Assembly (NCBI GenBank): GCA_038087875.1
Contig: JAXLNO010000036.1
Coordinates: 1-64,000 of the forward strand
Length of the DNA: 64,000 bases
Source of the DNA: Malacoraja senta
Lineage: Eukaryota
Reading direction: 5' to 3'
A model generated the notes under the pieces. It saw only the letters and a list, made by a program, of their open reading frames with translations. It was not told where the DNA came from and searched no databases. Each line of letters starts with the position of its first letter. Position 1 is the stretch's first letter. Positions 51,656 through 63,917 of the stretch are shown here, piece by piece. The position numbers and the translations under genes are program-made.

Positions 51656-53134
51656 AAATTAGATAGTTCGAAGGCATCATACTCTGCTGATCAAGAGCTA
51701 GTAAATGGGATTTAGTAGTTGGATACTATTGAAATAGACCGTTGTTGGGCCTGCTTCTCTGCTCTGTGACTCTGTGACACACGACCCAGTCTTGCACAAT
51801 TCTCCACATGTGGTCTCACCGTCACTAGTTATGGCAGGGGTTCGCTACTTTCCCCTTGAATGGGTCGAGTTATAATGAGAGCTGCGGACATTATTCCTTC
51901 GAGTGCCGGAGGATGAGGGACGGTATTATGATTATGTATAAAATCACGAGGAAAATAGATCACGTAAATGCACTTTTATCCGTGTCGAGGAATCAAAAAC
52001 CACCTTAGATATCGATATGGTCTGTTTCACATGGACAATCTTAGTCGGCGTCATTCTACGAACATTCCCGCTCTGATCATAAATATCACTTTTCTCAGAT
52101 GATTAGCATTGGTAAGGTTAGGCAACGGTTTACTAATGTGATATTTACCGAGGAATAGTGAAAAGCTTTGTTTTGCTTCCGATCAACTCAGATCGGATAG
52201 ATCGTGCATAGGTACAAACAGTTCAAACTCAGAGGTAGACAAAAGTGCTGCAGAAACTCAGCAGGTGCAGCAGCATCTATGGAGCGAAGGAAATAGGCAA
52301 CGTTTCGGCCGAAACCCTTCTTCCAACTCAGATACATCAGATAGCTCAAGGGGGATGTACAAAATACAGAATATTGTTCGTGATGTTATGCTCAATATTG
52401 CCTTTTATTTCTACGAATCCCAGAATTGTCCGTGTGTTTGTAAGGATGAACATCATTTGCTCAGCCCACATTGCATAATTCAGACCGCCGTGGAACTGGT
52501 CATGTGAAGTTGGTGAATTCGTGTTCTGTAAAAACGCAAAGGTAGTACAATGTGTAAAACGTATCATTTGACTGTGCCGAGGTCCACAGCGGGAACGATG
52601 TATGATGCGTTGCTTCTGTGAGCCATGGGACATCCCACTGGGTTCGTGGTGTAGTGGACAATTAAGATGGGAAGAGCATTAGGTTTTAGCCTCGTTTATT
52701 ATCACATGTATCAAGGTACAGTCTAAAACGTGGTTGTGCATGCTGTTCAAACTGATCAGATATAACATAGACAGATTCAACCAGTTCAAACACGAGGACA
52801 CAGAGTGGTGAGTCTTTGTATAAAGACAGAGGGTGGTCAGTGTGTGGATTCGCACAGGGGTTGATGGGTTTATAGAACGAGCTGCCAGAGGACGTAGTTG
52901 AGGCTAAAACTATCACAACATTTAAAGACATTTGGACAGGTAGGTGCATAGGAAAGGTTGAAAATGCTCAGGGCCAAACATAGCAGGTGGGTCTAGTGGA
53001 GATGGGGCACATTGGTAGGTTAGGGCAAGCTGGGCCGATTGTCTATGCCTATGTAAATAGGTGAAGCAAAGTGGACGATACAGAGTGCAGAACACAGTTT
53101 TCACCATTGTATCGCAACATTGTTCATCAGTTTG

Positions 53135-53437
53135 TGAGACAACGCCGAATGCCACAATAGGTTAGAGGCTGTTGTGGGACAACGCCCAATGGCACAATGG
53201 GTTAGAGGCTGTTGTGAGACAACGCCCAATGGCACAATGGGTTAGAGGCTGTTGTGAGACAACGCCCAATGGCACAATGGGTTAGAGGCTGTTGTGAGAC
53301 AACGCCCAATGCCACAATGGGTTAGAGGCTGTTGTGAGACAACGCCCAATGCCACAATGGGTTAGAGGCTGTTGTGGGACAATGCCCAATGCCACAATGG
53401 GTTAGAGGCTGTTGTGAGACACTGCCCAAAGCCACAA
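53135..53437 (+). repeat. 40-bp minisatellite, ~7.5 copies
   Basis: Same unit as 44085-45057. Confidence 0.92.
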
Positions 53438-53632
53438 CGTGCCCGTCGGAAACCAGCACCACTGCGTCACTAATGTTTTCTTGGATGATGAATGAATGAA
53501 GTTAGAGACAAATTGACCAGAACCACAACTCTGGAGGGACTGTTCAGAGGCCTGGTAACGGAGGGTAATAAGTTATTCGTATGTCCCGTAGTGCGCAGTT
53601 TTAGAAATGACCTCGGACTCAATCATTTCATA

Positions 53633-54462
53633 CATAGAAACATAGAAACATAGAAAATAGGTGCAGGAGTAGGCCATTCTGCCCTTTGAGTCTGCACCGC
53701 CATTCAATATGATCATGGCTGATCATCCAATTCAGTATCCTGTACCTGCCTTGTCTCCTTAGCCCCTGATCCTTAAGCCACAAGGGCCACATCTAACTCC
53801 CTCTTAAATATAGCCAATGAACTGGCCTCAACTCCCTTCTGTGGCAGAGAATTCCACAGATTCACCACTCTCTGTGTGAAAAATGTTTTTCTCATCAGGG
53901 TCCTAAAAGACTTCCCTCTTATCCTTAAACTGTGACCCCTTGTTCTGGACTTCCCCAACATCGGGAACAATCTTCCTGCATCTAGCCTGTCCAACCCCTT
54001 AAGAATCTTGTTAGTTTCTATAAGAACCCCCCTCAATCTTCTAAATTCTAGCGAGTACAAGCCGAGTCTATCCAGTCTTTCTTCATATGAAAGTCCTGCC
54101 ATCCCAGGAATCAGTCTGGTGAACCTTCTTTGTACTCCCTCTATGGCAAGAATGTCTTTCGTCAGATTTGGTGACCAAAACTGTACGCAATACTCCAGGT
54201 GTGGTCTCACCAAGACCCTGTACAACTGCAGTAGAACCTCCCTGCTCTTATACTAAAATCCTTTCGCTATGAATGCTAACATACCATTCGCTTTCTTCAC
54301 TGCCTGCTGCACCTGCATGCCTACTTTCAATGACTGGTGCACCATGACACCCATATCTCGTTGCATCTCCCCTTTTCGTAATCGGCCATCATTCAGATAA
54401 TAGTCTACTTTCCTGTTTTTGCCACCAAGGTGGATAACCTCACATTTATCCACATTATACTG
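53633..54462 (-). mobile_element. 5'-truncated CR1 inserted at the donor site of a module M copy
   Basis: YRVLVRPHLEYCVQFWSP...VVNLWNSLP; (CATAGAAA)n tail; absent from paralogs. Confidence 0.92.
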
Positions 54463-54467
54463 CCTCG

Positions 54468-54843
54468 ACATTACTCTCCATTTCCCTGTTGTTCAAAAAA
54501 CATGTTCGCCCAGCCATATTTGTACTTGATAAATGAGCATCACTATTTTCTGGGTAGGAGGTACAGTGTATTCAGATATGTTTGCCAGGATAAATTCCAT
54601 CTTATCCCAGTCACTCAATTCTTATTCTGAATCATTTATCGTAACTAGATTATCCAGCGACCCTTTGTGTATTTCGGTGTATAATCATCCTGTCAAGGCC
54701 TCTCAGAAGCCGATATGTATTGTGTCAATAAACTCACTTGTCGTTGTTCCAAACTGACCAGAGTAGACGATCTGATATAGTGTTGGTCCTATGACGGACA
54801 TTTTTTCCGAGGGATAAATGTCGACTTCAGTCTCTGCACCGAG
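54468..54843 (-). pseudogene. Decayed exon-like module M
   Basis: Acceptor GTCTTCAG; LGAETEVDIYPSEKMSVIGPTLYQIVYSGQFGTTTSEFIDTIHIGF*. Confidence 0.5.
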
Positions 54844-54909
54844 CTGAAGACGCACATCGTGTTCCTTGAAAGATATAACATCAAAGCATAACCCTCTGCG
54901 GCCAAGGGG

Positions 54910-55881
54910 AAAGGGGTAACTACAGAGAGAGTGGGACCTCTCATGAATCAAAGCGGTCACCCCTGTGTGGAGCCACAGGAGATGGACAAGGTCCTCAAAT
55001 TGTATCTCCCCTCTGTATTTATCGAGGAGAAAAACTGTCGGGCGGAGGATCTTGGGGCAGTCAATGGAATTGTCTTGAGAGCAGCCCGTGTTACCGTCGA
55101 AGAAGTACTGAAGGTACTATCGTGTATCAAAGTAGACAAATCTCCAGGGCCTGATCACACATATCAGAGGACATTGTACGAAACTAGAGTGGGAATTGCG
55201 GGAGCCCTCGTTGAAATTTACGAGCCAATAGACAATAGACATTGGGTGCGAGAGAAGGCCATTCGCCCCTTCGAGCCAGCACCGCCATTCACTGTGATCA
55301 TGGCTAATCATCCACATTCAGTACCCCGTTCTTGCCTTCTCCCCATATCCCTTGACCCTGCTATGTTTAAGAGCTCTATCTAACTCTCTCTTGAAAGCAT
55401 CCAGAGAATTGACCCCCACTGCCTTCTGAGGCAGAGAATTCCACAGATTCGCAACTCTCCGGGTGAAAAAGTGTTTCCTCATCTCCGTTCTAAATGGCCT
55501 ACCCCTTATTCTTAATCTGTGACCCCTTGTTCTGGACTCCCACAAAATCGGGAACACGTCTCTTGCCTCTATCGTGTCCAATCCTTTAATAAATTTACAC
55601 GTTTCAATAAGGTTCCCTCTGATCCTTCTAAATTCCAGTGTATACAAACCCAGTCGCTCTATTCTTTCAACATATGAGAGTCCCACCATCCCGGGAATTA
55701 ACCTGGTGAACCTACGCTGCACTCCCTCAATAGCAATAACGGCCTTTCTCAAAATTGGAGACCAAAACTACACACAGTACTCCAGGAGTTGTCTCACCAG
55801 GGCCCTGTCCAATTGTAGAAGGACTTATTTGTTCCTATACTCAACTCCTCTTGTTATGAAGGCCAACATGCCATTAGCTTT
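54910..55881. mobile_element. CR1 internal fragment (+) and CR1 3' fragment (-)
   Basis: Paralogs of 45700-46687. Confidence 0.85.
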
Positions 55882-56919
55882 TGTGACAATATCCATGTAA
55901 TTTATGCATATGAGCAGTACATAGTCTCGCACATGCTCAGCCTCGCGCATATAATTATGCAAATCAGTCAGTGACCTTTAACTTGTAAATAAATCATTCT
56001 TGCTTTTGATCCCAACACGAGCGTGTGTGGAGCCATCTTTCCCCGTCTAATATGTGCTAGTTTTACCTACGCCGTAAGCAGACACATATCAAAACATGGT
56101 TGCAGCGGTGAAAGTGAGGATTTTTGGATAAAATGAACGCTATGATGATTATGATTGTTCAAGGGTGATGACACACATTCTTGAGGGAATTGAAGGTGTG
56201 GTGTGTTACTTGGATGACACCCTCATCTCAGCCCCTGACAGGCAGACACACGATGAAAGGTTGGAAGATGTACTCAAACGACTTGATACACACAGTGTAA
56301 GAGTGAAGGCACAGAAGTGTGAGTTCTTTCAGAATTCGGCAGAGTACTTGGGTCATAAGATAGACAAGAATGATCTACACCCCACCAAGGGTAAAGTTGA
56401 TGCGATCAAGAACGCGCCCACTCCCAGAAACATATCTGAGATCCGATCCTTTTTAGGATTAGTGCATTATTATGGGAAGTTGGTGCCAAATCTGTTCACC
56501 TGTTTACATCCATTGAACGAGCTTTTGTGAAAAGATGTACCATGGAGGTGGACACGTGAATGTGATCAAGCTTTCAAGCCATGTAAAACTCAGTTGGCAG
56601 AGAGTACAATGCTTGTTCATAAATAAGCCAATGAAGTTAGCATGTGATGCTTCACCATACGGTGTTGGGGCTGTGATGTCTCGTGTGCTGGAAAATGGAT
56701 AGGAGAGGCCAATAGCATTTGCATCTTGAACACCCAATGTCAGTGTGATAAATTGTGCGCAAATAGAGCGAGAGGTTCTTGCTTTCATTTTGTCGTTAGG
56801 AGGTTTCACAAATATTTGTATTGTAGAGGGTTTCTAATCGAGACAGGTCACCAGCCGTTGATAGTGAACCCAAATACAAAAGCACACATACCAACTCTGG
56901 CAGCAGTCAGAATGCAAAG

Positions 56920-57424
56920 TGTTTTAGAGGGAACTGCAAATACTGGAAAATCGAAGGTACACAAAAATGCTGGAGGAACTCATGGGATGCAGCAGCATCT
57001 ATGGAGCGAAGGAAATAGGCAACGTTTCGGGCAGAACCCCTTCTTCAGACTGATGGGGGGTGGGGGGAGCCGGGGAGAAGGAAGGAAAAAGGAGGAGGAC
57101 GAGCCTGGGGGCTGAGGGAGAGGTAGGGGGGTGGAGGAGACTGCAAGGGTTAACTGAATTGTGAGTATTCAATGTTCATGCCAAGAGGATGCAGACTACC
57201 CAAGCGGAATATGAGGTGCTGTTCCTCCAATTTCCGATGTTGCTCACTCTGGCCATGGAGGAGGCCCAGGACACAGAGGTCGCATTCGGAATGGGAGGGG
57301 GAGTTGAAATGCTGAGCCACCGGGAGTTCAGGTTGGTTAATGCGGACCGAGCGGAGGTGTTCGGCGAAACGATCGCCAAGCATACACTTCGTCTCACCGA
57401 TATAGATCAGCTGACATCTAGAGC
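56920..57424 (-). mobile_element. Penelope-like GIY-YIG fragment nested in Gypsy
   Basis: ORF 57150-57497 LIYIGETKCMLGDRFAEHLRSV...; flanking duplication CAGAATGCAAAG. Confidence 0.9.
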
Positions 57425-58588
57425 CAGAATGCAAAGATGGGCATTGATATTTTCTGCATACCAGTATGATATTCAGTATCGCAAGGCAGCAGAGCACACC
57501 AATGCTGATGCCATGTCTATATTACCTTTGGAATCAGAGGTTTCCCCAAACAGAGAGGACTTGTTTTATTTCTCTCATGTAGACGAGAGGGGACATTCGG
57601 AAGACTTCTCGCACTGATATAGTTTTGTCAAGAGTGCTGCAAATTGTCGCAAATGGATGGCAAAACAAATTGCCGGATTCAGAGGCAGAACTGAAAATAT
57701 TATTTGTACGTAGGAATGAACTCTCAGTCGACCAAGATTGTGCCATGTGGGGTGCGAGAATTGTAATCCCTTAAAAAATGGAATAAAATTGTTAGGAGAT
57801 CTTCATGATCAGAATTTGGGAATGTGTCTAACAAAGAGTCTAGCTAGAAACCATCTATGGTGGCCTGGTGTAGATAAGGACATAAAACAAACTGTGAAAG
57901 GGTGTAGCACATGTCAAGTAGTTGGAAAGAATCCACCAACAGTACCGCTACAGCCATGGAAATGGCCGGTTAGAGGGTGGCAAAGATTACTCGTGGACTT
58001 TGCAGAGTTAGATGGACAACAATTGTTCATTATGATTGATAGTCACTCCAAGTGTGTTGAGGTATTTCCGATGAACAAAACGACATCCAGCAAAACAATA
58101 GACATTTTGCGAGGATTGTTTGCGTCCTATGGATTTCCAGAGGAAATTGTGTCTGCTAACGGACCTCAATTCTGTTCACAAGAGTTTGCACAATTCATGA
58201 AATGGAATGGTGTAAAGCACACTAGAGTCATTCCATACCATTCCGCTTCAAATGGAGCAGCAGAACGCACAGTGCAAATTGTAAAACGTAATTTAGTCAA
58301 ACAACTGCTGGATCCAAATCCAAACAAAAAACAGTTCTCTGTCTCACAAACTGGCTAACTTTCTGATTACATATCGAAACACACCTCACACCACTACTGA
58401 TCAAACGCCAGCTGAACTGTTCTTGAAGAGAAAACCAAGAACAAGGTTTTCACTGCTGAAACCAAACTTGGCTCAAACAGTAGAAAAGAAACAGGAAAAA
58501 AAGCATATCATGACAGAAGTACATAAAGGATAGGAGTGTTGAGTGGAATCAGACGCTAAATGTGTAAAACATCATCACAAGTGGGTAC

Positions 58589-59481
58589 TCCTAGGACATC
58601 CGGTGGTGCCCTAGCACATCCGGTCGCGCTGTTACTAGCTGCCTCCTCCACCGTATGGTTGTCTTTTTTATTTTGTTATATTTACAGTGCGTTTTTGTAG
58701 GATTTTTTCAATACGTTATGTGGGGGGAAGCGGGTAGGGTAAGGGGGGAACCGTCCTTCAGTGGCTTCCTGGCGAGGATGCGGCTATTATCCGAGTCGCG
58801 ACCTCGCCCCCCACCCCCAATCCCACCTCCGCTCGCGGCCTACCAACTGGGACCGGACCAGAGCTTCAGCAGCTGCGGCGCTGCGCTCGACACATCGCGG
58901 AGCGGGCGAAGCCTTACCTGGGATCGCCGCTTGGAGCTCCGGAGTGTTGGGCCGCTGCTACAGTATCGCGGAGCTGTGGGTGCGGAGCTCCTAACGCGGG
59001 CGGAACTGACTTTAACATCGCAAAGTCCTGGGACTATTTGACGGGGGTCGCCAGCGCGAATCTCCGCCCAGCGCGGCCTGTGGACATCGGGAGCCGCGGA
59101 CTCCGGTGGTAGGTGGAAGGTGGCCGATTCAGAGGTCCAGGCCGCTGAGGATGTTCTCCCGTTCGGCGTCGGGGTTCCATCGTTCCCGGCGAGAGGGCCT
59201 GAACATCGGGCCGCCCGTGGCGGCGACTGCGGGTGCTCGGGAGCACCCGACCACGGGTGAACATTTGGGAACATCAGCGAGGAGGTTGACTGGACATTGG
59301 TTCCTTCCCTCACAGTGGGGAACTTTGGTGCCGCGGTGGGGATGTTTGAGTTGTGGACTACTGTGTTCGGTGCTTTTGTGTTTTTTTTAAATTTTATTTG
59401 TTGTATTACTGTGTGGGAAGAGAATTTCGTTGTCTCTTAATTGAAGACAATTGAAGATAAATGAAATCAAATCAAATCTAA
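58589..59481 (+). mobile_element. CpG-rich retroposon-like insert (paralog of 3519-4400)
   Basis: Same sequence and site. Confidence 0.75.
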
Positions 59482-60244
59482 AGTGGTTACCTGGAAGAGT
59501 AGTGAGAAAGTGTAGACCACGGACATACTTGGTCAAGATGTTTGGAAGTGGGAAGGTGAGAAAAGTACACATTGACCATGTCATGCCTATGCAAGCACAG
59601 ACAGGTTTGCAACAAGATCAGTTAGACGAGTCAGATAATTTGGTTACCACTCAAGTACAGGTACCAACGGATGAACCAGAAATGGTACATGAAGGTACAC
59701 AAGATAGTGAGAGTTTGAACCAGCCTGAAAATGGAGGTTCAAGTGTGGTTGACAGTCTACAAAATTGACTGATGGACTGGAATCTATGAATGTAGGTTAA
59801 AAGGAAGACTTGACTCGATCAAAAATGAGTCCAAGAGGTTCTAAACAGTCAGAAACTTTTGGTCAGAGACGATATCCAGACACAAGGATAAATCCGTCGG
59901 TTAGGTTTAATTTGTGAAGTTTAATTTGGGAAATGCACAGATCATTGCATATGCAACATATATGCCCCACCCCCTCATTGTATTCAGGTTATATAAAAGT
60001 AAACTAATATAAAAGATTGTAATATATTCATACCGTTTTTATTATATTCAAAAATGTCAACAATGTATATTTAAAAATGTCAACAAGGCGATAACGTTTT
60101 CATTAAGGTGGGAGGAGTTATAATAGCGCCACCTTTAGTTGGAGCATTGTATATGATTGAATAAACCACGGTGCAGCTGTGCAGTCATGTTCCGGTCACC
60201 AGTGAGTTAACTTGTTAATCTGTGTCTGAGCTCAAGATATCACA

Positions 60245-60880
60245 GATGGCAGTCAGGGGGTTTGTAGTAGATATTGGTCAGTAGTCGGTTACCTGCGATG
60301 GAGATAGTGAGGTCAAGAAACGGTGGGGAGATATTGGAAATGGTCCAGGTGAATTTGAGTGCCGGATGGAAGTTAGTGGTGAATTGGATGAAGTCAGTGA
60401 GTTCTGCATGGGTGCAGGAGGCAGCACCGTTGCAGTCGTCGATGTAGCGGAGGTAGAGTTCGGGGATAGGGCCACGGTATCGCTTCGAACAAGGATATGG
60501 GCCCAGGCGCGAGCCAATAGCTACGCCTTGGATTTGGAGGAAATGGGAGGAGTCAAAGGAAAAGTTGTTGAGGGTAAGGACCTGCTCCGCTAGGCGGAGG
60601 ATTATTAGTAGACATGGACTGGTTGGTTCTGTGGTCGAGGTAGAAGCGGAGGGCTTTAAGACCCTCCTGGTCGGGGATGGAGGTGTAGAGTGATTGGACA
60701 TCCAATGTGAAGATGAGGGAATGGGAACCTGGAAAACGGAAGCCATGAATGGGATGAAGAGCGTGTGAGGTGCCTGGGACATAGGTAGGGAGGGATTTGA
60801 CCAGGGGGATAGGATGGAGTCGATGTATATGGAAATAAGTTTGGTGGTACAAGGGTCGAGGTATGTGGGACTTAACGATA
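60245..60880 (-). mobile_element. Penelope-like RT fragment
   Basis: QIQGVAIGS, YLRYIDD, YYKPPD. Confidence 0.9.
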
Positions 60881-62286
60881 AATTAGTTCGTTCGAAGGCA
60901 TAATACTCTGCTGATCAAGTGCTAGTAAATAGGATTTAGTAATTGGATACTTTTGAGAAAGTCCGTTGTTGGGCCTGCTTCTCTGCTCTGTGACTCTGTG
61001 ACACACGACCCAGTCTTGCACAATTCTCCACATGTGGTATCAACGTCACTAGTTATGGCAGGGGTTCGCTACTTTTCCCTTGAATGGGTCGAGTTATAAT
61101 GAGAGGTGCGGACATTATTCCTTCGATGAGGGATGATCTTATGATTATGTATAAAATCACGAGGAAAATAGATAAGGTAAATGCACTTTTACCCAGGTCG
61201 AGGAATCAAAAACCATCTTAGATATCGATATCGTCTGTTTCACATGGACAATCTTAGTCGCCATCATTCTACGAACATTCCCGCTCTGATCATAAATATC
61301 ACTTTTCTCAGATGATTAGCATTGGTAAGGTTAGGCAAATGTTTACTAGTGTGATAAGTACCGAGGAATAGTGAAACGCCTTTTTTGCTTCCGATCCACT
61401 CAGATCGGCTAGACCGTGCAAAGGTACAACTGTTCAAACTCAGAGGTAGACAGAAATGCTGGAGAAACTCAGCGGGTGCAGCAGCATCTATGGAGCGAAG
61501 GAAATAGGCAACGACCCTTCTTCAAACACCGATACATCAGATAGACCAAGGGGAATGTACAGAATACTAAATATTGTTCGTGATGTGATGATCAATATTG
61601 TCTTTCATTTCTACGAATCCCAGAATTGTCCTTGTGTTTGTAAGGATGAACATCATTTGCTCAGCCCACATTGCATAATTCAGACCGCCGTGGAACTGGT
61701 CATGTGCAGTTGGTGAATTCGAGCTGTAAAAACGCAAAGTCAGTACAATGTGCAAAACGTATCATTTGACTGTGCCGAAGTCCACAGCTGGAACGATGTA
61801 TAATGCAGTGCTGTTGTGAGCCATCCCGCTGGGTTCGTGGTGTTGTGAACAATTAAGATGGGAAGGGCATTAGGTTTTAGCCACGTTTATTATTCTCACA
61901 TGTATCAAGGTACATTCTAAAACTTGGTTGTGCCTGCTGTCCAAAGTGATCAGATATAACATATACAGATTCAATCTGTTCAAACACGAGGACACAAGAG
62001 TGGTGAGTCTTTGTATAAACGCAGAGGGTGGTAACTGTGTGGTTAGTGGGTATATAGAACGAGCTGCCAAAGGAGATAGTTGGGGTGAAAACTATCACAA
62101 AATGTAAAGACATTTGGACAGGTAGGTGAATAGGAAAGGTTGAAAATAATCAGTGCCATAGCCGGTGTGACTAGTGTTTATGGGGCACATTGGCCGGTTA
62201 GTGCCTGGTAACGGAGGGTAACAGGTTATTCGTATGTCCCGTGCTGCGCAGTTTCAGAACTGACCTCGGACTCAATCATTTCCTAC

Positions 62287-62667
62287 CTCATTACATTATT
62301 CGTCATTGCCCTATTGTCCAAAACACATGTTCGCCCAGCCATATTTGTACTTGATAAATGAGCTTCACTATTTCTGGGTAGGAGGTACAGTGTATTCAGA
62401 TATGTTTGACAGGATAAATTCCATCTTATCTCAGTCACCCAATTCGTATTCTGAAACATTTATCCTTACTAAATTATCCAGCAACCCTTTGTGTATTTCG
62501 GTGAATATCCACCCTGTCAAGGCCTCTCAGAAGCGGACATTTATTGTGTCAATAAAATTACTTGTCGTTGTTCCAAACTGCACAGAGTAGACGATCTGAT
62601 AAACTGTTGGTCCTTTGGCGGCCATTTTTTCAGAGGGATAAATCTCGACTTCAGTCTCTGCACCGAG
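62287..62667 (-). pseudogene. Decayed exon-like module M
   Basis: Acceptor GTCCTCAG, donor GAG|GTAGGA, 381 nt; LGAETEVEIYPSEKMAAKGPTVYQIVYSVQFGTTTSNFIDTINVRF*. Confidence 0.55.
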
Positions 62668-62885
62668 CTGAGGACGCGTAGCGTGTTCCTTGAAAGATAT
62701 AACGTCAAAGCAGAACAATCTGTGTCCAAGGGTAAAGGGGTAACTACAGAGAGAGTGGGCTCTCATGGATCAAAGTTAGTACAATGGGCAAAACGTATCA
62801 TTTGACTGTGCCGAGGTCCACAGCTGGAACGATGTATGATGCGTTGCTTCTGTGAACCATGAGACATCCCGCTGAGTTCGTGGTG

Positions 62886-63068
62886 TTCTTGGTTCTTGGT
62901 TCTTGGTTTCTTGGTCCTCCAAAATATTCCAAATGGAATTTAAACTGGAGGTGGTGGAGGGAGGACTTAAGCCAGAAAGGGTTTTTGGGAAGAAAGAGCT
63001 ACCTTAAATTTAGTTGCATCTGGTTGGGTAACTATGTTAGGGTGAAGACTATTCCATGCTTTAATTGT
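62886..63068 (-). mobile_element. Short LINE-like 3' end with (CCAAGAA)n tail, family unassigned
   Basis: Absent from paralogous sites (~43797, ~61845); tandem 7-mer tail. Confidence 0.5.
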
Positions 63069-63551
63069 GCGGGAACAATTAAGATGCGAAGGGCATTAGG
63101 TTTTAGCCACGTTTATTGTTATCACATGTATCAAGGTACAATCTAAAACTTGGTTGTGCCTGCTGTCCAAACTGATCAGATATAACATATACAGATTCAA
63201 TTAGTTCAAACACGAGAACACAGAGTGGTGAGTCTTTGTATAAACACAGAGGGTGGTCAGTATGTGGATTCGCACAGGGGTTGGTGGGTTTATAGAACGA
63301 GCTGCTAGAGCAGATAGTTGAGGCGAAAACTATCACAAAATATAAAGACATTTGGACGTAAATGTATGGGAAAGGTTGAAAATGATCAGGGCCAAACATA
63401 GTAGGTGAGACTAGTGGAGATGGGGCACATTTGTCGGTTAGGGCAAGCTGGGCCGATGGTCTATGAATATGTAAATAGATGAAGCAAAGTGGACGATACA
63501 GAGTGCGGAACACAGTTTTCACCATTGTATCGCATCGTTGTTCCTCAGTTT

Positions 63552-63917
63552 GTGAGACAACGCCCAATGCCACAATGGGTTAGAGGCTGTTGTGAGACAA
63601 CGCCCAACGGCACAATGGATTAGAGGCTGTTGTGAGACAACGCCCAATGCCACAATGGGTTAGAGGCTGTTGTGGGACAACGCCCAATGCCACAAAGGGT
63701 TAGAGGCTTCTGTGAGACAACGCCCAATGCCACAATGGGTTAGAGGCTGTTGTGAGACAACGCCCAATGCCACAATGGGTTAGAGGCTGTTGTGAGACAA
63801 TGCCCCATGCCACAATGGGTTGGAGGCTGCTGTGAGACAAAGCCCAATGCCACAATGGGTTAGAGGCTGTTGTGAGACAACGCCCAATGGCACAATCGGT
63901 TAGAGGCTGTTGTGAAA
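63552..63917 (+). repeat. 40-bp minisatellite, ~9 copies
   Basis: Same unit as 44085-45057. Confidence 0.92.

Larger units (their letters stand above)
55882..60244 (+). mobile_element. Composite Gypsy (duplicate of 46688-51048)
   Basis: LTR-A 55882-56096, PBS, RT YLDD, RNase H, integrase, LTR-B 60118-60244. Confidence 0.92.
42665..62770. repeat. Tandem segmental duplication, ~9 kb unit (42665-51656, 51657-60880, partial 60881-62770); also homologous to 1-12450
   Basis: Same ordered content in each unit: spacer, 40-mer array, module M, CR1(+), CR1(-), LTR-A, Gypsy pol, LTR-B, Penelope RT. Confidence 0.92.
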
